DNA of 64,000 nt from the NCBI GenBank assembly GCA_030017555.1, contig JASEIC010000001.1, positions 2,571 to 66,570 on the forward strand. The letters are read 5' to 3'. Position numbers and translations under genes: made by a program. The notes under the pieces were generated by a model that saw nothing but the letters and a program-made list of their open reading frames with translations, ran no database searches and was not told the DNA's origin. This document shows, one piece after another, positions 27,246 through 37,966 of this stretch. Position 1 is the stretch's first letter. The number at the start of each line of letters is the position of its first letter. This DNA comes from Patescibacteria group bacterium (GTDB taxonomy: Bacteria > Patescibacteriota > Minisyncoccia > UBA6257 > GWB1-50-10).

Positions 27246-28334
27246 TTACCCTTTAAATTTCAAAATAATGCGTTTTTCCTCAGGTTTTATACCTTCAATT
27301 ACAAATTGATATTCTTTACCCTGAACAATCTGTTTTTTCATTTCTTCAACACTGCCAAATTCAGTAACGCTTAATTGTCCCTGAAGCTCATTGCCTAAAT
27401 CAATAATCGCGCCAAATGGATTAAAACTATAAACCTTTCCTTTTGCTTCTTGACCTTTTTTATAATGCTCGCCGAAAGTGAGCCACGGATCAGAAACGAG
27501 GACCTTAAGAGAAAGCGAAATTTTACCATCTTTAATTTCCGTAATTTTAACTTTTACCACATCATCAACTTTTACTATTTCTTTCGGATTTTCGATTATC
27601 CGGTGACTTAATTCCGAAATATGGATTAAGCCTTCAACCGCGGGATTATCCGTAAACCTTACAAAAACTCCAAAATCAGCAACGCTTGAAACAATACCTT
27701 CCACAATCTGACCTACTGAATAATTTTTGACTAATTCTTTTGTTGAAATTTCAGTTGCCTCTCTTTCAGAAACAATAAGTTTGTTGTTTCTGGGATTTGC
27801 TTCAATTATTTTTACGGTTAATTCCTGGCCAACCAGAAGCTCGAGAGCCTGAGAAAAACCCGTTTTATTATCAACTGCCGTTTTTGGATAATGTTCGGTT
27901 GATAATTGGGAAACCGGCAAAAACGCCTGAAGACCGCTAATAACTCCAGTAAGTCCGCCTTTGTTAAAAGCTAAAAATTTAACTTTAATTGGTTCGTCTT
28001 TTTCTTTTATTTCTTGAACTTCAGCCCAAGCTCTTTGTTTGCCGGCTTCAGAAAGAGAAAGCTCAACAAAACCTTCTTTATTATCAACGGTAATAACTTT
28101 AGCATGAACAATATCGCCGACTTTTAAATTTTTCACGGCTTCCTTGGCATTTTGAACTTCGGCTCGATAAACCGCGCCTGTGCCAAATCTACCCAAATCA
28201 ACCATAAGCATATTGGATCGATTCTCCAAAACTCGTCCTTCCACTAAATCTCCTGTTTTAAAAAGCGAAAAAAGTCCAGGCTCGAATTTAATAAGCTGGG
28301 AAATTAGCGCGTTGTTATTTTTATTACTATTCAT
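27246..28334 (-). CDS. rpsA: 30S ribosomal protein S1 (short form with four S1 domains)
   Basis: Repeated S1 OB-fold repeats (GDLVEGRVL..., GDIVHAKVI..., GQELTVKII..., GQIVEGIVS...). Confidence 0.75.
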   Translation of the reverse strand: MNSNKNNNALISQLIKFEPGLFSLFKTGDLVEGRVLENRSNMLMVDLGRFGTGAVYRAEVQNAKEAVKNLKVGDIVHAKVITVDNKEGFVELSLSEAGKQRAWAEVQEIKEKDEPIKVKFLAFNKGGLTGVISGLQAFLPVSQLSTEHYPKTAVDNKTGFSQALELLVGQELTVKIIEANPRNNKLIVSEREATEISTKELVKNYSVGQIVEGIVSSVADFGVFVRFTDNPAVEGLIHISELSHRIIENPKEIVKVDDVVKVKITEIKDGKISLSLKVLVSDPWLTFGEHYKKGQEAKGKVYSFNPFGAIIDLGNELQGQLSVTEFGSVEEMKKQIVQGKEYQFVIEGIKPEEKRIILKFKG

Positions 28335-28421
28335 ATACGAGCAAGGTTATCACACTAAGCCGTTGAAAATCAAGTAAAAAAATCTTATAATTAACAACAC
28401 CTCATTTCAAACACCCAAAAC

Positions 28422-29018
28422 ATGGTCATTACTTATCAAGGCGACAATTATTTTAAATTTCAATCAGGAGAAACCGCAATTTTAATAGACCCGACAAATC
28501 AACGTTCTTTTAAAGGAGCGGTTTTAGTTGTCAACACCGAAGAACCAAGCGCCGTTACGCCAGATAAAAAAAAAGAGGAAAGAGAACAGGGTTTACCTTT
28601 TTTTATAAATCATCAAGGCGAGTACGAAATTAAAGGCATTCAAGTAAAAGGCGTAAGTATTGGTTATGATGAAAAAGAAAAAAAAGAAAATACTCTTTAT
28701 CAAATAATTTTTGATGAAATAAAAATCGCTTGCTTAGGTCATTTAAAAAACGAACTGAATCCAAAACTTCTGGCTGATTTAGAGGACGCTGACATCATGA
28801 TTTTACCCGGCGGCGGCAAGCCGTTTATAAACGAAGCTCAAGCCGCAAAAATAGCAAGACAAATCGCGCCAAGCATAATAATTCCTTCGCTTTATAAAGA
28901 TGTCAAAAATTTCTTAAAAGAATTTGATAAAACAAAGCTTGAATCGCAAGATAAATTAGTAATCAAAAAGAAAGATTTGAAACCGGAAGCGCTTTCAATA
29001 ATTTGGTTAAAACCATAA
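28422..29018 (+). CDS. Metallo-beta-lactamase-fold-like protein lacking a canonical HxHxDH motif (hypothetical)
   Basis: N-terminal MVITYQGDNYFKFQSGETAILIDP pattern of the MBL-like UPF0173 type. Only weakly supported. Confidence 0.35.
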   Translation: MVITYQGDNYFKFQSGETAILIDPTNQRSFKGAVLVVNTEEPSAVTPDKKKEEREQGLPFFINHQGEYEIKGIQVKGVSIGYDEKEKKENTLYQIIFDEIKIACLGHLKNELNPKLLADLEDADIMILPGGGKPFINEAQAAKIARQIAPSIIIPSLYKDVKNFLKEFDKTKLESQDKLVIKKKDLKPEALSIIWLKP

Positions 29019-29025
29019 AATAGCA

Positions 29026-29430
29026 ATGGCGTTTTTATTTAATATAAAGAAATATTTGCGTGAATTACAGCGAGCTGATGATCAAAGAAAAAAACATTGG
29101 CTTGTGAGCGTTTCAATGGTATCAATGATTTTAATAATTTTTCTTTGGGCTGTCTTTTTCAATCTGGATCTCAAACCAACAAATCAAGACAAAGAAATAA
29201 CAGCTGCAAACAATCAAAAAGAAAGTTTTTGGCAAACAGTAAATAACGGAATCAAATCCATAAGCAGCGCTTTCAATGGGAAAATCAGTGATATAAGAAA
29301 CAGCATTAACAAAAGCCTTGAATCATTAAAAAAGAAAGCTGAAAAAACCAATGACTTTTCTGTAAATGAGAATGCAATAAATCCGCCAATATCAAATTTT
29401 ACGCCGTTACCATCGACGCCACTTCCCTAA
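29026..29430 (+). CDS. Single-pass membrane protein (hypothetical)
   Basis: TM VSVSMVSMILIIFLWAVFF. 134 aa. Confidence 0.4.
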   Translation: MAFLFNIKKYLRELQRADDQRKKHWLVSVSMVSMILIIFLWAVFFNLDLKPTNQDKEITAANNQKESFWQTVNNGIKSISSAFNGKISDIRNSINKSLESLKKKAEKTNDFSVNENAINPPISNFTPLPSTPLP

Positions 29431-29436
29431 AAAAAT

Positions 29437-31923
29437 ATGACTAAACCGGAAAAAACAACACAAAATTCAAATCACGGGAAAATCGAACAAAAAGAAATAA
29501 CCGACGAACTCCGCGAATCTTATCTTGATTATGCGATGTCAGTTATTATTTCACGCGCCTTACCCGATATTCGTGATGGCTTAAAACCGGTTCAACGCCG
29601 AATTTTATGGTCAATGTGGGATGATAACATAACTCATAGCGCGAGATTTAGAAAATCAGCCAACATTGTCGGTTCAGTTCTTGGCCGCTATCATCCCCAC
29701 GGCGATATTCCAGTCTACGACGCTATGGCCCGCTTAGCTCAAGAATTCTCTCTTCGCTATCCATTAATTGATGGCCAAGGCAACTGGGGATCAATTGACG
29801 GCGACCCGCCAGCCGCTATGCGTTATACCGAAGCTCGACTTTCAAAAATAGCCGAGGAGGTTTTAATTGATATAGAAAAGGAAACCGTTGATTGGCAACC
29901 AAACTACGACGGCACTCGCAATGAACCAAAATTTTTGCCAGCCAAATTACCCAGTCTCCTTTTAAACGGGACGGTTGGCATTGCCGTTGGTATGGCAACG
30001 TCCATTCCGCCGCATAATCTTGTTGAAGTTGTGAATGCATTAACATATTTAATTAAAAATCCCGATGCGACCACTGAAGATTTAATGAAATTTCTGCCCG
30101 GACCGGACTTCCCGACCGGCGGCATAATTTACGGCATAAAATCCTTGGAAGAAGCCTATACGACCGGACGCGGTTCAGTTACTATTCGCGGCGTAGCCGA
30201 AATAGAAGAAGGAAAACGAGGTTCCAATCAAATTATATTCACAGAAATTCCTTACCAAGTGAATAAAGCTAACTTGGTTTCAAAAATCGCCGAACTAGCG
30301 CAAGAAAAAAAAATTGAGGGTATTCGCGATTTGCGAGATGAATCCGATCGTACGGGCTTGCGTATTGTAATTGAATTGAAATCAGACTGCATTCCTCAAA
30401 AAGTATTAAATCAGCTTTATGAATACACCGAACTTCAAAAAAACTTTTATTTCAACGTATTAGCTTTAGTGGGCGGCATTCAACCTCAAGTTCTTTCATT
30501 AAAAGAAGTTCTTTCTCAATACCTTGACCACCGAACAAAAATTATCCGCCGTCGAACCGAATTTGATTTAAAACACGCGGAGGAACGAGCTCATATATTA
30601 GAAGGTTTGGCAAAAGCGCTTAGCGTTATTGATAAAATAATCTCCACTATCAAAAAGTCCCGTGATCGCGAGGAAGCGAAAAAGAATCTTATTAAAAATT
30701 TCAAATTCTCCGAAGCCCAAACAATTGCCATTTTAGAAATGAAACTTCAAACTCTCGCGGCGCTTGAACGAGAAAAAATCGAGGATGAATTAAAAGAAAA
30801 GAAAAAACTAATTACCGAGCTAACTCTTATTTTGAAAAATCCAAAGAAAATTTCCGGCATTATTTCTCAAGAAATAAATGGATTAAAATCCAATTTTCCC
30901 TCTCCTCGCAAAACTAAAATTATCGCGGCGGACTTAAAAGAATTCCGAGAAGAAGACCTTATCCCCGACGAAGAAGCAATAATTACTCTAACCGAAGACG
31001 GATATATCAAACGGATGCCGCCGACCGCTTTCAAAGCGCAACGTCGGGGCGGCAAAGGATTAATCGGTTTTGAGCTAAAAGAAGAAGATCAAATCCATCA
31101 ACTAATTGCGGTTGATACTCATGATAATATTCTATTTTTCACTGACCGCGGTCGGACATTCCAAACCAAAACTTATGAAATTCCCGCTGCCAGTCGGACA
31201 TCAAAAGGCAAATCAATTCACAATTTTTTAACTATCCCGCCTCAAGAAAAAATAAGCGCAATTGTAAGTTATTCAGAAAAAGAAGCTGAAAGTTCGGGTA
31301 AAGAACAGAAATTCCTTGTTATGGCCACAAAAAAAGGACTGGTTAAGAAAACGCCGCTTAAAGATTTTAGCAATGTGAGAAAAACAGGAATTATCGCGAT
31401 TAACCTAAAATCCGATGATCTTTTAAGATGGGTAAAGCTTTCTTCGGGTGACGACCAAATTATTATTGTTTCACGGTTTGGCCAATCAATTCGCTTTAAA
31501 GAAAAGGACGTTCGCGGAATGAGCCGAACCGCGGCCGGCACTAAAGGAATTCGCATAAAAAAAGATGATTGTGTTTCCGGACTTGATATAATAAAGAAAG
31601 AACAGGCTGAAAATCAAAAAGACCTGCGTTTGCTTGTAATCATGACGCGCGGTTTTGCCAAACAAACGCCCCTTAAAGAATATAAAATCCAGCATCGAGG
31701 CGGCGGCGGCATAAAAACCGCAAAGGTTACTGAAAAAACCGGACCAGTCATTGCCGCTCATGTTATCTCTAAAGAAAACGAAGAAGTTCTTGCTTTTTCA
31801 TTAAAAGGCCAAGCTCTCCGAACTAAGTTAAATAATATTCGCCTCGCGGGCAGAGCCACTCAAGGAGTAAAAATAATGAATTTGGAAAAAGATGACGCGT
31901 TAATCGGCGTTATTTGCTTTTAA
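29437..31923 (+). CDS. gyrA: DNA gyrase subunit A
   Basis: [26 protein letters not shown], catalytic Tyr region [10 protein letters not shown], and C-terminal beta-pinwheel repeats. Confidence 0.95.
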   Translation: MTKPEKTTQNSNHGKIEQKEITDELRESYLDYAMSVIISRALPDIRDGLKPVQRRILWSMWDDNITHSARFRKSANIVGSVLGRYHPHGDIPVYDAMARLAQEFSLRYPLIDGQGNWGSIDGDPPAAMRYTEARLSKIAEEVLIDIEKETVDWQPNYDGTRNEPKFLPAKLPSLLLNGTVGIAVGMATSIPPHNLVEVVNALTYLIKNPDATTEDLMKFLPGPDFPTGGIIYGIKSLEEAYTTGRGSVTIRGVAEIEEGKRGSNQIIFTEIPYQVNKANLVSKIAELAQEKKIEGIRDLRDESDRTGLRIVIELKSDCIPQKVLNQLYEYTELQKNFYFNVLALVGGIQPQVLSLKEVLSQYLDHRTKIIRRRTEFDLKHAEERAHILEGLAKALSVIDKIISTIKKSRDREEAKKNLIKNFKFSEAQTIAILEMKLQTLAALEREKIEDELKEKKKLITELTLILKNPKKISGIISQEINGLKSNFPSPRKTKIIAADLKEFREEDLIPDEEAIITLTEDGYIKRMPPTAFKAQRRGGKGLIGFELKEEDQIHQLIAVDTHDNILFFTDRGRTFQTKTYEIPAASRTSKGKSIHNFLTIPPQEKISAIVSYSEKEAESSGKEQKFLVMATKKGLVKKTPLKDFSNVRKTGIIAINLKSDDLLRWVKLSSGDDQIIIVSRFGQSIRFKEKDVRGMSRTAAGTKGIRIKKDDCVSGLDIIKKEQAENQKDLRLLVIMTRGFAKQTPLKEYKIQHRGGGGIKTAKVTEKTGPVIAAHVISKENEEVLAFSLKGQALRTKLNNIRLAGRATQGVKIMNLEKDDALIGVICF

Positions 31924-31926
31924 AAA

Positions 31927-33246
31927 ATGACATTTAATAAAAATCAAATCATAGTTATTGCCTCGGTTTTCGGCGCAGTTTTAATTCTTATTTTAATTTT
32001 CACCGGTATTATTCCCGGCCTTAAGCCTAAACCGGAAGTAGTCGAACAATATGAAGCGACTCTTGAGTTCTGGGGAGTTTTTGATACGCCCGAATCTTAT
32101 CGGGCCGGTTTTCAAAATTTTGGAACTATTTACCCTAAAGTCACCATAAATTATCGCGGTTTTTCTGATCCGGAAAATTATGAACGGAATATAATTGAAG
32201 CTCTTGCCGAAGGGCGAGGACCCGATATTTTTATGATCAGGAACACAAGTCTTTTAAATTATTTGGGCAAAACAACGCCGATTCCAAATCAAAAATTCAA
32301 TATTTTCCAATTACGCCGACTTTTCCCGGAAATTGTTGAACAAGATTTTTCAAACCAAGAAAATATTTTTGCTTTACCGGCTTCAATCGATACCTTGGCT
32401 TTAATTTATAATCGCGATCTTTTTAATCAAGCGGGTATTGTTTATCCGCCAGCGACTTGGGAAGCTTTTAAAGATTTGATTCCTAAACTTGTTAAACGCG
32501 AATCAGCCACAAAAATCGTTCGCGCGGCCGCGGCGATTGGAGGTTCCAATAAAACAATAAGCCGAGCAGCCGATTTATTGTCGCTTCTTATGCTTCAAAC
32601 AGGCACAAAAATGGTAAATGAAAATTTAAGCGGCTCCGAGATTGCTTCGCAACAAGCGATAAACGCCCTGGAGTTCTATACCCAATTTTCTGATGCCGCC
32701 AAAGAAAGCTATACCTGGAACGATACTATGCCTAAAGATTTGGATTTTTTTAGCGCGGAAAAAACAGCAATGATTTTTAATTATTCAAAATCCATTCCTG
32801 AAATCCAAAATAAAAACGCTTTTTTAAATCTTGCGGTCGCTCCATTACCTCAGCCAAAAGCCGCCCAAAAACCGATTACTTTTGCCAATTACTGGGGGTA
32901 TGTTGTTTCGCGTCAATCCCGTTTTAATAATGTCGCTTGGGATTTTATTCTTAAACTTACAACCGACGAAGGAAACGCGAAAAGTTACATTGATTCAGCG
33001 AAAAAACCGCCGGCTCTTCTTTCGCTTATTAACCAAGCTGTAAATGACGAGTCAAAACCAAATGAAGCGGTTTTTGCAAAACAAACTCTTATTGCCAAAT
33101 CCTGGCCGGAAACCGAACCGCTCACAATTCAAAAAATTTTTTCTAATGCGATTTCTTCAGTTATAACCGGACAAAAAAGCGTCAAAGGCGCTTTAGAAGA
33201 AGCTAATAATTTAGTATCGCAAATTTTATCAAGGCGAACGCAATAA
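31927..33246 (+). CDS. Extracellular solute-binding protein (ABC transporter substrate-binding, family 1-like), membrane-anchored
   Basis: N-terminal TM anchor followed by a type-2 periplasmic-binding-protein-like sequence. 439 aa. Confidence 0.55.
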   Translation: MTFNKNQIIVIASVFGAVLILILIFTGIIPGLKPKPEVVEQYEATLEFWGVFDTPESYRAGFQNFGTIYPKVTINYRGFSDPENYERNIIEALAEGRGPDIFMIRNTSLLNYLGKTTPIPNQKFNIFQLRRLFPEIVEQDFSNQENIFALPASIDTLALIYNRDLFNQAGIVYPPATWEAFKDLIPKLVKRESATKIVRAAAAIGGSNKTISRAADLLSLLMLQTGTKMVNENLSGSEIASQQAINALEFYTQFSDAAKESYTWNDTMPKDLDFFSAEKTAMIFNYSKSIPEIQNKNAFLNLAVAPLPQPKAAQKPITFANYWGYVVSRQSRFNNVAWDFILKLTTDEGNAKSYIDSAKKPPALLSLINQAVNDESKPNEAVFAKQTLIAKSWPETEPLTIQKIFSNAISSVITGQKSVKGALEEANNLVSQILSRRTQ

Positions 33247-33284
33247 AACTTGCAAGATATTTATTAAAATTTATAATTAAATCA

Positions 33285-33701
33285 ATGAAACCTTTTTTAG
33301 CAGCGCTTTTTATTATTCTTATTGCTTTCTCTTTTTTGCCCATAATTACTCATGGCGCAGAGGGCACGGGGATTTGGGCAAGCACCACCTGCGCTGCCAC
33401 TAGCAATACTGGCGGACCAAACAAGCCTTGTTCGTTTTGCGATGCTCTTATTGTTACAAAAAATATTATTGATTTTCTTTTTAAAGTCGCTATTCCGTTA
33501 GCGGTTGCTATTGCTGTTTATGGCGCGGTTATGATGATGCTTGCGGCGGGCTCAGAAGAAAGAGTAAGAAAATCAAAACAAATCATTACCAGAGCTTTTA
33601 TCGGGCTTGCAATCGCGCTATCGGCTTGGGTTATTATAAATACTTTTCTTCATATATTAACCGGCCAGCCAGATTTCCCGTGGGCAACCATAACGTGTTA
33701 A
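33285..33701 (+). CDS. Pilin-like small protein, paralog 1 (signal peptide plus two C-terminal hydrophobic helices split by a short charged loop; VirB2/TrbC-like topology)
   Basis: Signal peptide. ...VAIPLAVAIAVYGAVMMMLAAGSEERVRKSKQIITRAFIGLAIALSAWVI. Confidence 0.45.
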   Translation: MKPFLAALFIILIAFSFLPIITHGAEGTGIWASTTCAATSNTGGPNKPCSFCDALIVTKNIIDFLFKVAIPLAVAIAVYGAVMMMLAAGSEERVRKSKQIITRAFIGLAIALSAWVIINTFLHILTGQPDFPWATITC

Positions 33702-33716
33702 AATCAAAAAAATAAT

Positions 33717-34058
33717 ATGAAAAAAATAAACATTGCGCTTATTATATTAATTGGTTGGCTGATTAATTTGATTTCTTTTAAAAACGTTTCTGCGACAACC
33801 ACGATTGAGTTGCCAAATCCAATAAATGCCACAAGCACTATTGCGATTTTAAATTCTATTTTAGCCGTATTACAAACTTTTGCGCATCTAATTGTTGTTA
33901 TTATGGTTTTGATTGGCGCTTTTCAGATACTTTTCGCGGCCGGCGATCCGGAAAAATTCAGCAAAGGCAAAAAAACAATATTGTATTCTGTTATAGGATA
34001 TGCTATAGTATTAGTTGCTGGCGGAATAACCAGCTTCATCGCTGATTTTCTACAGTAA
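33717..34058 (+). CDS. Pilin-like small protein, paralog 2
   Basis: Same architecture: ...IVVIMVLIGAFQILFAAGDPEKFSKGKKTILYSVIGYAIVLVAGG. Confidence 0.45.
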   Translation: MKKINIALIILIGWLINLISFKNVSATTTIELPNPINATSTIAILNSILAVLQTFAHLIVVIMVLIGAFQILFAAGDPEKFSKGKKTILYSVIGYAIVLVAGGITSFIADFLQ

Positions 34059-34146
34059 TTTTGCTATAATTAAATCGGCGATCAAAAAGTCATAAAAAGG
34101 TCGAAATCTGGATTTATTTCCTAAACATGAAATTACTAAAAAAAAT

Positions 34147-34509
34147 ATGAAATCAATAATCAAATTCACGGCAATTGTCGGGATAGCAATAATTATGGCC
34201 TTACCACTTATCACCTCGGCCAGAGCAGCCGGACCATTAACACCACCTGTTACTTATGTCCCACCAATTACTAGCATCACGGAAGTAAAAGGCCTTTTAG
34301 ACCGGCTCATTAATTGGTTACAATACATATTCTTCGCTTTAACCGCTTTTTTCCTTATCGGAGCCGCATTCTTATACCTTACTGCTGCTGGCGATGAAGA
34401 TAAAGTAAAGAAAGCGAAACAAATGATTATTTACGCTGTTATTGCAATGGTGATTGCGCTTTTAGCAACAGCGGTTAACACGATTGTCATTACTTTATTA
34501 CAAAGATAG
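34147..34509 (+). CDS. Pilin-like small protein, paralog 3
   Basis: Same architecture: ...LTAFFLIGAAFLYLTAAGDEDKVKKAKQMIIYAVIAMVIALLATAV. Confidence 0.45.
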   Translation: MKSIIKFTAIVGIAIIMALPLITSARAAGPLTPPVTYVPPITSITEVKGLLDRLINWLQYIFFALTAFFLIGAAFLYLTAAGDEDKVKKAKQMIIYAVIAMVIALLATAVNTIVITLLQR

Positions 34510-34556
34510 CAGTAACGGCTGATAAAGGATTTCTCACGAAATTTCTAAAAACACAA

Positions 34557-34600
34557 CCCCCGTCTCTTTCAAAAGGATTTGACGGGGTTTGTTTTATTTT
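34557..34600 (+). terminator. Intrinsic terminator after the pilin-like triplet (acccccgtc...gacggggtttgttttatttt)
   Basis: 8-bp GC-rich stem plus T-run. Lies inside the 5' extension of track ORF 34579, whose real start is therefore 34654. Confidence 0.6.
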
Positions 34601-34653
34601 TAATTTGCCGTCTAAGCTGGAACCGATTTATAATAAATCAAACAAACCGAAAA

Positions 34654-36006
34654 ATGGAGAAAAAACTTCATCTTTTTCTTTTTCTGCTTATCCTTGCTTT
34701 TAACATTCTTTTTCACGTTTTTAATATCGCTTATCCGGCAAAACCAGTTTTTGATGAAGCCCATTTCGCGACTTATGCCGCCCGTTATGCTACTCATCAA
34801 CCGGTCTTTGACATTCATCCGCCTTTGGGCAAACTTTTTTACGCCCTTCCTTTAATTTTTAATCCGGAAAAAGCAAATATTTCTGATGCGAATTTTATTG
34901 AAATGAAAAAAAATCAAAAAACCGGTATTTTTGAAACAACAACTCCTAAAAAAGAATATAGCAACTTTCCTTATGTTCCCTTACGCTTGGTAAATGTTTT
35001 TTTTGGCATCTTGCTTTCAATTTCTGTATTTGCTTTTTTAAAAGCTCTTACGAAAAACAATTTAATTGCTTTATTGGGCATGTTTTTAACTGTTTTTGAC
35101 AACGCCCTGCTTCTTGAGGGCCGTTTAATTCTTTTAAATATAATGTATTTGTCTTTTGGCTTTTTCTCGCTTGCGCTTTTTTTCAAACAAAAATCCTCGC
35201 CGATTTTAGCCGGAATTATTTGGGGGTTTGCTTTAAGCGTGAAATTAATTTCAATAGTTTTTTTGGGCCCGGTTATTACTTTAATTATCCTTTCCAAAAA
35301 TCAGGAAAAATTTAACGCTATAAAAAAATTTGTTATTTTTCTTTTTATTGGGTTCTTTGTCCTTGCCATTGCTCTACTTTTTATAAATCCGATTATTTTC
35401 GGAGCAAACAACAGCCTAAACTTCTATAAAACTCTAATAAGCGATTTAAATCCCGATGCTCAAATAATAAAAAATCCGTTTTTCTCGTTTTTAAATCCTA
35501 TCGCCTCCAACATAAAAGTGGCGGCTATTGAGTTTTATGTAATGCTTTCGGGCTACACCACCGGCGCGTCGCCCCATCCATCTCAAAGCCATTGGTACGC
35601 GTGGCCTATTATGCAAAAAACCATTCCATATTTTATAGAATCGACAAATGAAACAACCAAAACAATCAGCCTTATTGGAAATCCTGTAATTTGGGCTTTG
35701 GGTTTGTTGTCAATATTATTTTTTATTTTCAGAAAACATAAAATTTTTGAAGGTCTTGAAAAAGAAACATGGATAATTTTCATCGGTTATCTCGCTTCAC
35801 TCTTGCCTTATATTTTCATATCCCGCCCGGCCTTTCTTTATCACTACTTCCCCGCTCTTATTTTTTCAATTTGTCTTGCTTCAATTTTTATTGCTAAAAA
35901 AAATAGAAAAGATGAATTAAAAATAAACAAGGTTTTGTTAATAAGTTTAATAACAATTATTATAACAGGATTTATAATAATCTTACCCCGTACGTACGGT
36001 TTCTAA
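34654..36006 (+). CDS. PMT-family (GT39-like, GT-C fold) protein O-mannosyltransferase or related polyprenyl-phosphate-sugar-dependent glycosyltransferase
   Basis: Loop-1 DE motif in PVFDEAHFATYAARY (compare VFDEVHFG of Pmt1) and a polytopic membrane topology. Start trimmed to MEKKLHLF with an SD. Confidence 0.65.
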   Translation: MEKKLHLFLFLLILAFNILFHVFNIAYPAKPVFDEAHFATYAARYATHQPVFDIHPPLGKLFYALPLIFNPEKANISDANFIEMKKNQKTGIFETTTPKKEYSNFPYVPLRLVNVFFGILLSISVFAFLKALTKNNLIALLGMFLTVFDNALLLEGRLILLNIMYLSFGFFSLALFFKQKSSPILAGIIWGFALSVKLISIVFLGPVITLIILSKNQEKFNAIKKFVIFLFIGFFVLAIALLFINPIIFGANNSLNFYKTLISDLNPDAQIIKNPFFSFLNPIASNIKVAAIEFYVMLSGYTTGASPHPSQSHWYAWPIMQKTIPYFIESTNETTKTISLIGNPVIWALGLLSILFFIFRKHKIFEGLEKETWIIFIGYLASLLPYIFISRPAFLYHYFPALIFSICLASIFIAKKNRKDELKINKVLLISLITIIITGFIIILPRTYGF

Positions 36007-36014
36007 TTTTTAAA

Positions 36015-37238
36015 ATGCATTTATTGTTCCAAAATTTAAAAAAATACATTGATCCTATAATTTTGATATCCTGTTTTTCTAACTTAGGAATCATTTTAAT
36101 AACCTTCAATATCATAACAAATACCGCTGAACATTTTTCTTACTTGGCTGAAAGTTTTATAAGTGGCGTTACTTATTTTCTTAAAATGCCGGCAATGAGC
36201 TGGGGTGATACAACGCTTTTCAATAATCACTATTATTGGCCTCTTGGTCCTTTTCCGGCCGTACTTCTCATTCCATTCGTATGGATATTTAAACAATTCA
36301 ACGTATTTTTCCACCAAGGTTATCTTCAATTGCCAATAGTAATAGGAATAGGATATCTTTTTTTTGCTGTTGCCAAACGATTAAAAATAAATAACCGCGA
36401 TTCGCTCTACGCAACTCTCGCATTCATTTCATCATCCTTCTTTATGTTGGCTATTCAGCCTTCCGGTTGGATATTTTCTCAAATAATAGTTATTTTCTTT
36501 ATATTTCTTGCCCTTCTTGAATATTTAACCCGCAAACGGTATCTAATTATCGGATTTTTAATGGGGTGTGTACTTGCCACTCGAATTACTGCCGGACTTG
36601 GCATTTTATTTTTTGTGCTTGATATTATATTTTCTCAAGAATCAAAAAAAATAAAATATCAAAATCTCATAAATCTTGCTGCACCGTTTATGATTATAAT
36701 TATATTACTTGGTTTTTATAATTACCTAAGATTCGAAAATTTTTTAGATTCCGGATATAAACATCAAATCCTTACAAATCCCGCTCTTATAAAAGCGCGG
36801 GATTACGGACTTTTTAGCATTCATCACCTTGCTTCAAATCTTTATTATTTTCTTTTAGCCGGCCCGATTCCGGTCTTTAAAGACAGCATTTCCCGCGTCC
36901 TTGCTTTTCCGTTTATAAAACCCGATCCATGGGGCATGAGTATATTTATAACATCACCATATCTACTTTATATGTTCTGCTTAAAATACAAAGACGGGCT
37001 TTCTAAAATTATTTTAATTACTGCCACGATTATTGCTTTACCAATATTTCTTTATTATGGCATCGGTTGGATACAATTTGGTTACCGTTACGCATTTGAT
37101 TTTTTGCCGTTTATATTTCTTCTCTTTATAAAAAATTACAATGATCGTTACCATAATTTCTCAAAACTTTTAAAAATTATCATAGTTTTCTCGCTCTTCT
37201 TCAACCTGTTTTTAATATTTACGGGCTTCTTAAAATAA
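36015..37238 (+). CDS. Polytopic membrane protein, possible GT-C glycosyltransferase (hypothetical)
   Basis: 407 aa with ~10 TM segments, in an operon with glycosyltransferases. Confidence 0.4.
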   Translation: MHLLFQNLKKYIDPIILISCFSNLGIILITFNIITNTAEHFSYLAESFISGVTYFLKMPAMSWGDTTLFNNHYYWPLGPFPAVLLIPFVWIFKQFNVFFHQGYLQLPIVIGIGYLFFAVAKRLKINNRDSLYATLAFISSSFFMLAIQPSGWIFSQIIVIFFIFLALLEYLTRKRYLIIGFLMGCVLATRITAGLGILFFVLDIIFSQESKKIKYQNLINLAAPFMIIIILLGFYNYLRFENFLDSGYKHQILTNPALIKARDYGLFSIHHLASNLYYFLLAGPIPVFKDSISRVLAFPFIKPDPWGMSIFITSPYLLYMFCLKYKDGLSKIILITATIIALPIFLYYGIGWIQFGYRYAFDFLPFIFLLFIKNYNDRYHNFSKLLKIIIVFSLFFNLFLIFTGFLK

Positions 37239-37256
37239 AAACCAATCAAATATCAT

Positions 37257-37964
37257 ATGGATAAAATTATTATTATCATGCCTGCCTATAATGCGGAACA
37301 AACGCTTAACAGAACTTATCAAGAATTGCCAAAAATATATTCCGAAATAATCCTATGCGACGATGGCAGTAAAGACAAAACCGTTGAAATAAGCCGTACT
37401 TTGAACATCACGACCCTCTTTCATAAAGAAAATAAGGGGTACGGCGCAAACCAAAAAACGCTTTATAACTCGACAATGCAAAAAAATCCAGAAATCATTG
37501 TTATGGTTCACCCAGACAATCAATATGATACAAACTCTATTCCTCTCATGGTGGAAATAATCCGAAGCGGAAAAGCAGATATGGTATTAGGATCAAGGAT
37601 AAAAACAGCTCTTCAAAACGGAATGCCGTATTGGAAATATATTAGTAATAGATTTTTATCTTTTATGCAAAACTTAATATTTAAAACTAATTTATCAGAA
37701 TTTCATTCTGGGCTACGAGCATATAAGGCTTCGATTTTTTTAAAAATGCCTTATCAAAAATTTAAGGACGATTTTACATTTGATAGTGAAATTATTGCTT
37801 GGCTTATTGCGCACAAAATGACGATTAAAGAGATTGATACACAATGTTTTTATACAAAGGAATCGATCTCAAAAACAAATCTTAGACAAAGCATCAATTA
37901 CGGCATCGGCACTCTAAAAACTCTTATAAAATATTTGTTTGGTTATTACAAAAATTTAAAATAA
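37257..37964 (+). CDS. GT2-family glycosyltransferase (polyprenol-phosphate mannose/glucose synthase-like)
   Basis: MDKIIIIMPAYNAEQTL and the DDGSKD DxD-type region typical of Dpm1/GtrB-like GT2 enzymes. Confidence 0.65.
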   Translation: MDKIIIIMPAYNAEQTLNRTYQELPKIYSEIILCDDGSKDKTVEISRTLNITTLFHKENKGYGANQKTLYNSTMQKNPEIIVMVHPDNQYDTNSIPLMVEIIRSGKADMVLGSRIKTALQNGMPYWKYISNRFLSFMQNLIFKTNLSEFHSGLRAYKASIFLKMPYQKFKDDFTFDSEIIAWLIAHKMTIKEIDTQCFYTKESISKTNLRQSINYGIGTLKTLIKYLFGYYKNLK

Positions 37965-37966
37965 CC

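Noticed and set aside
34579-34653. Upstream extension of the PMT-like gene (track start 34579)
   Set aside because: The extension contains the intrinsic terminator of the preceding gene. MEKKLHLF at 34654 has an SD and begins the first TM.
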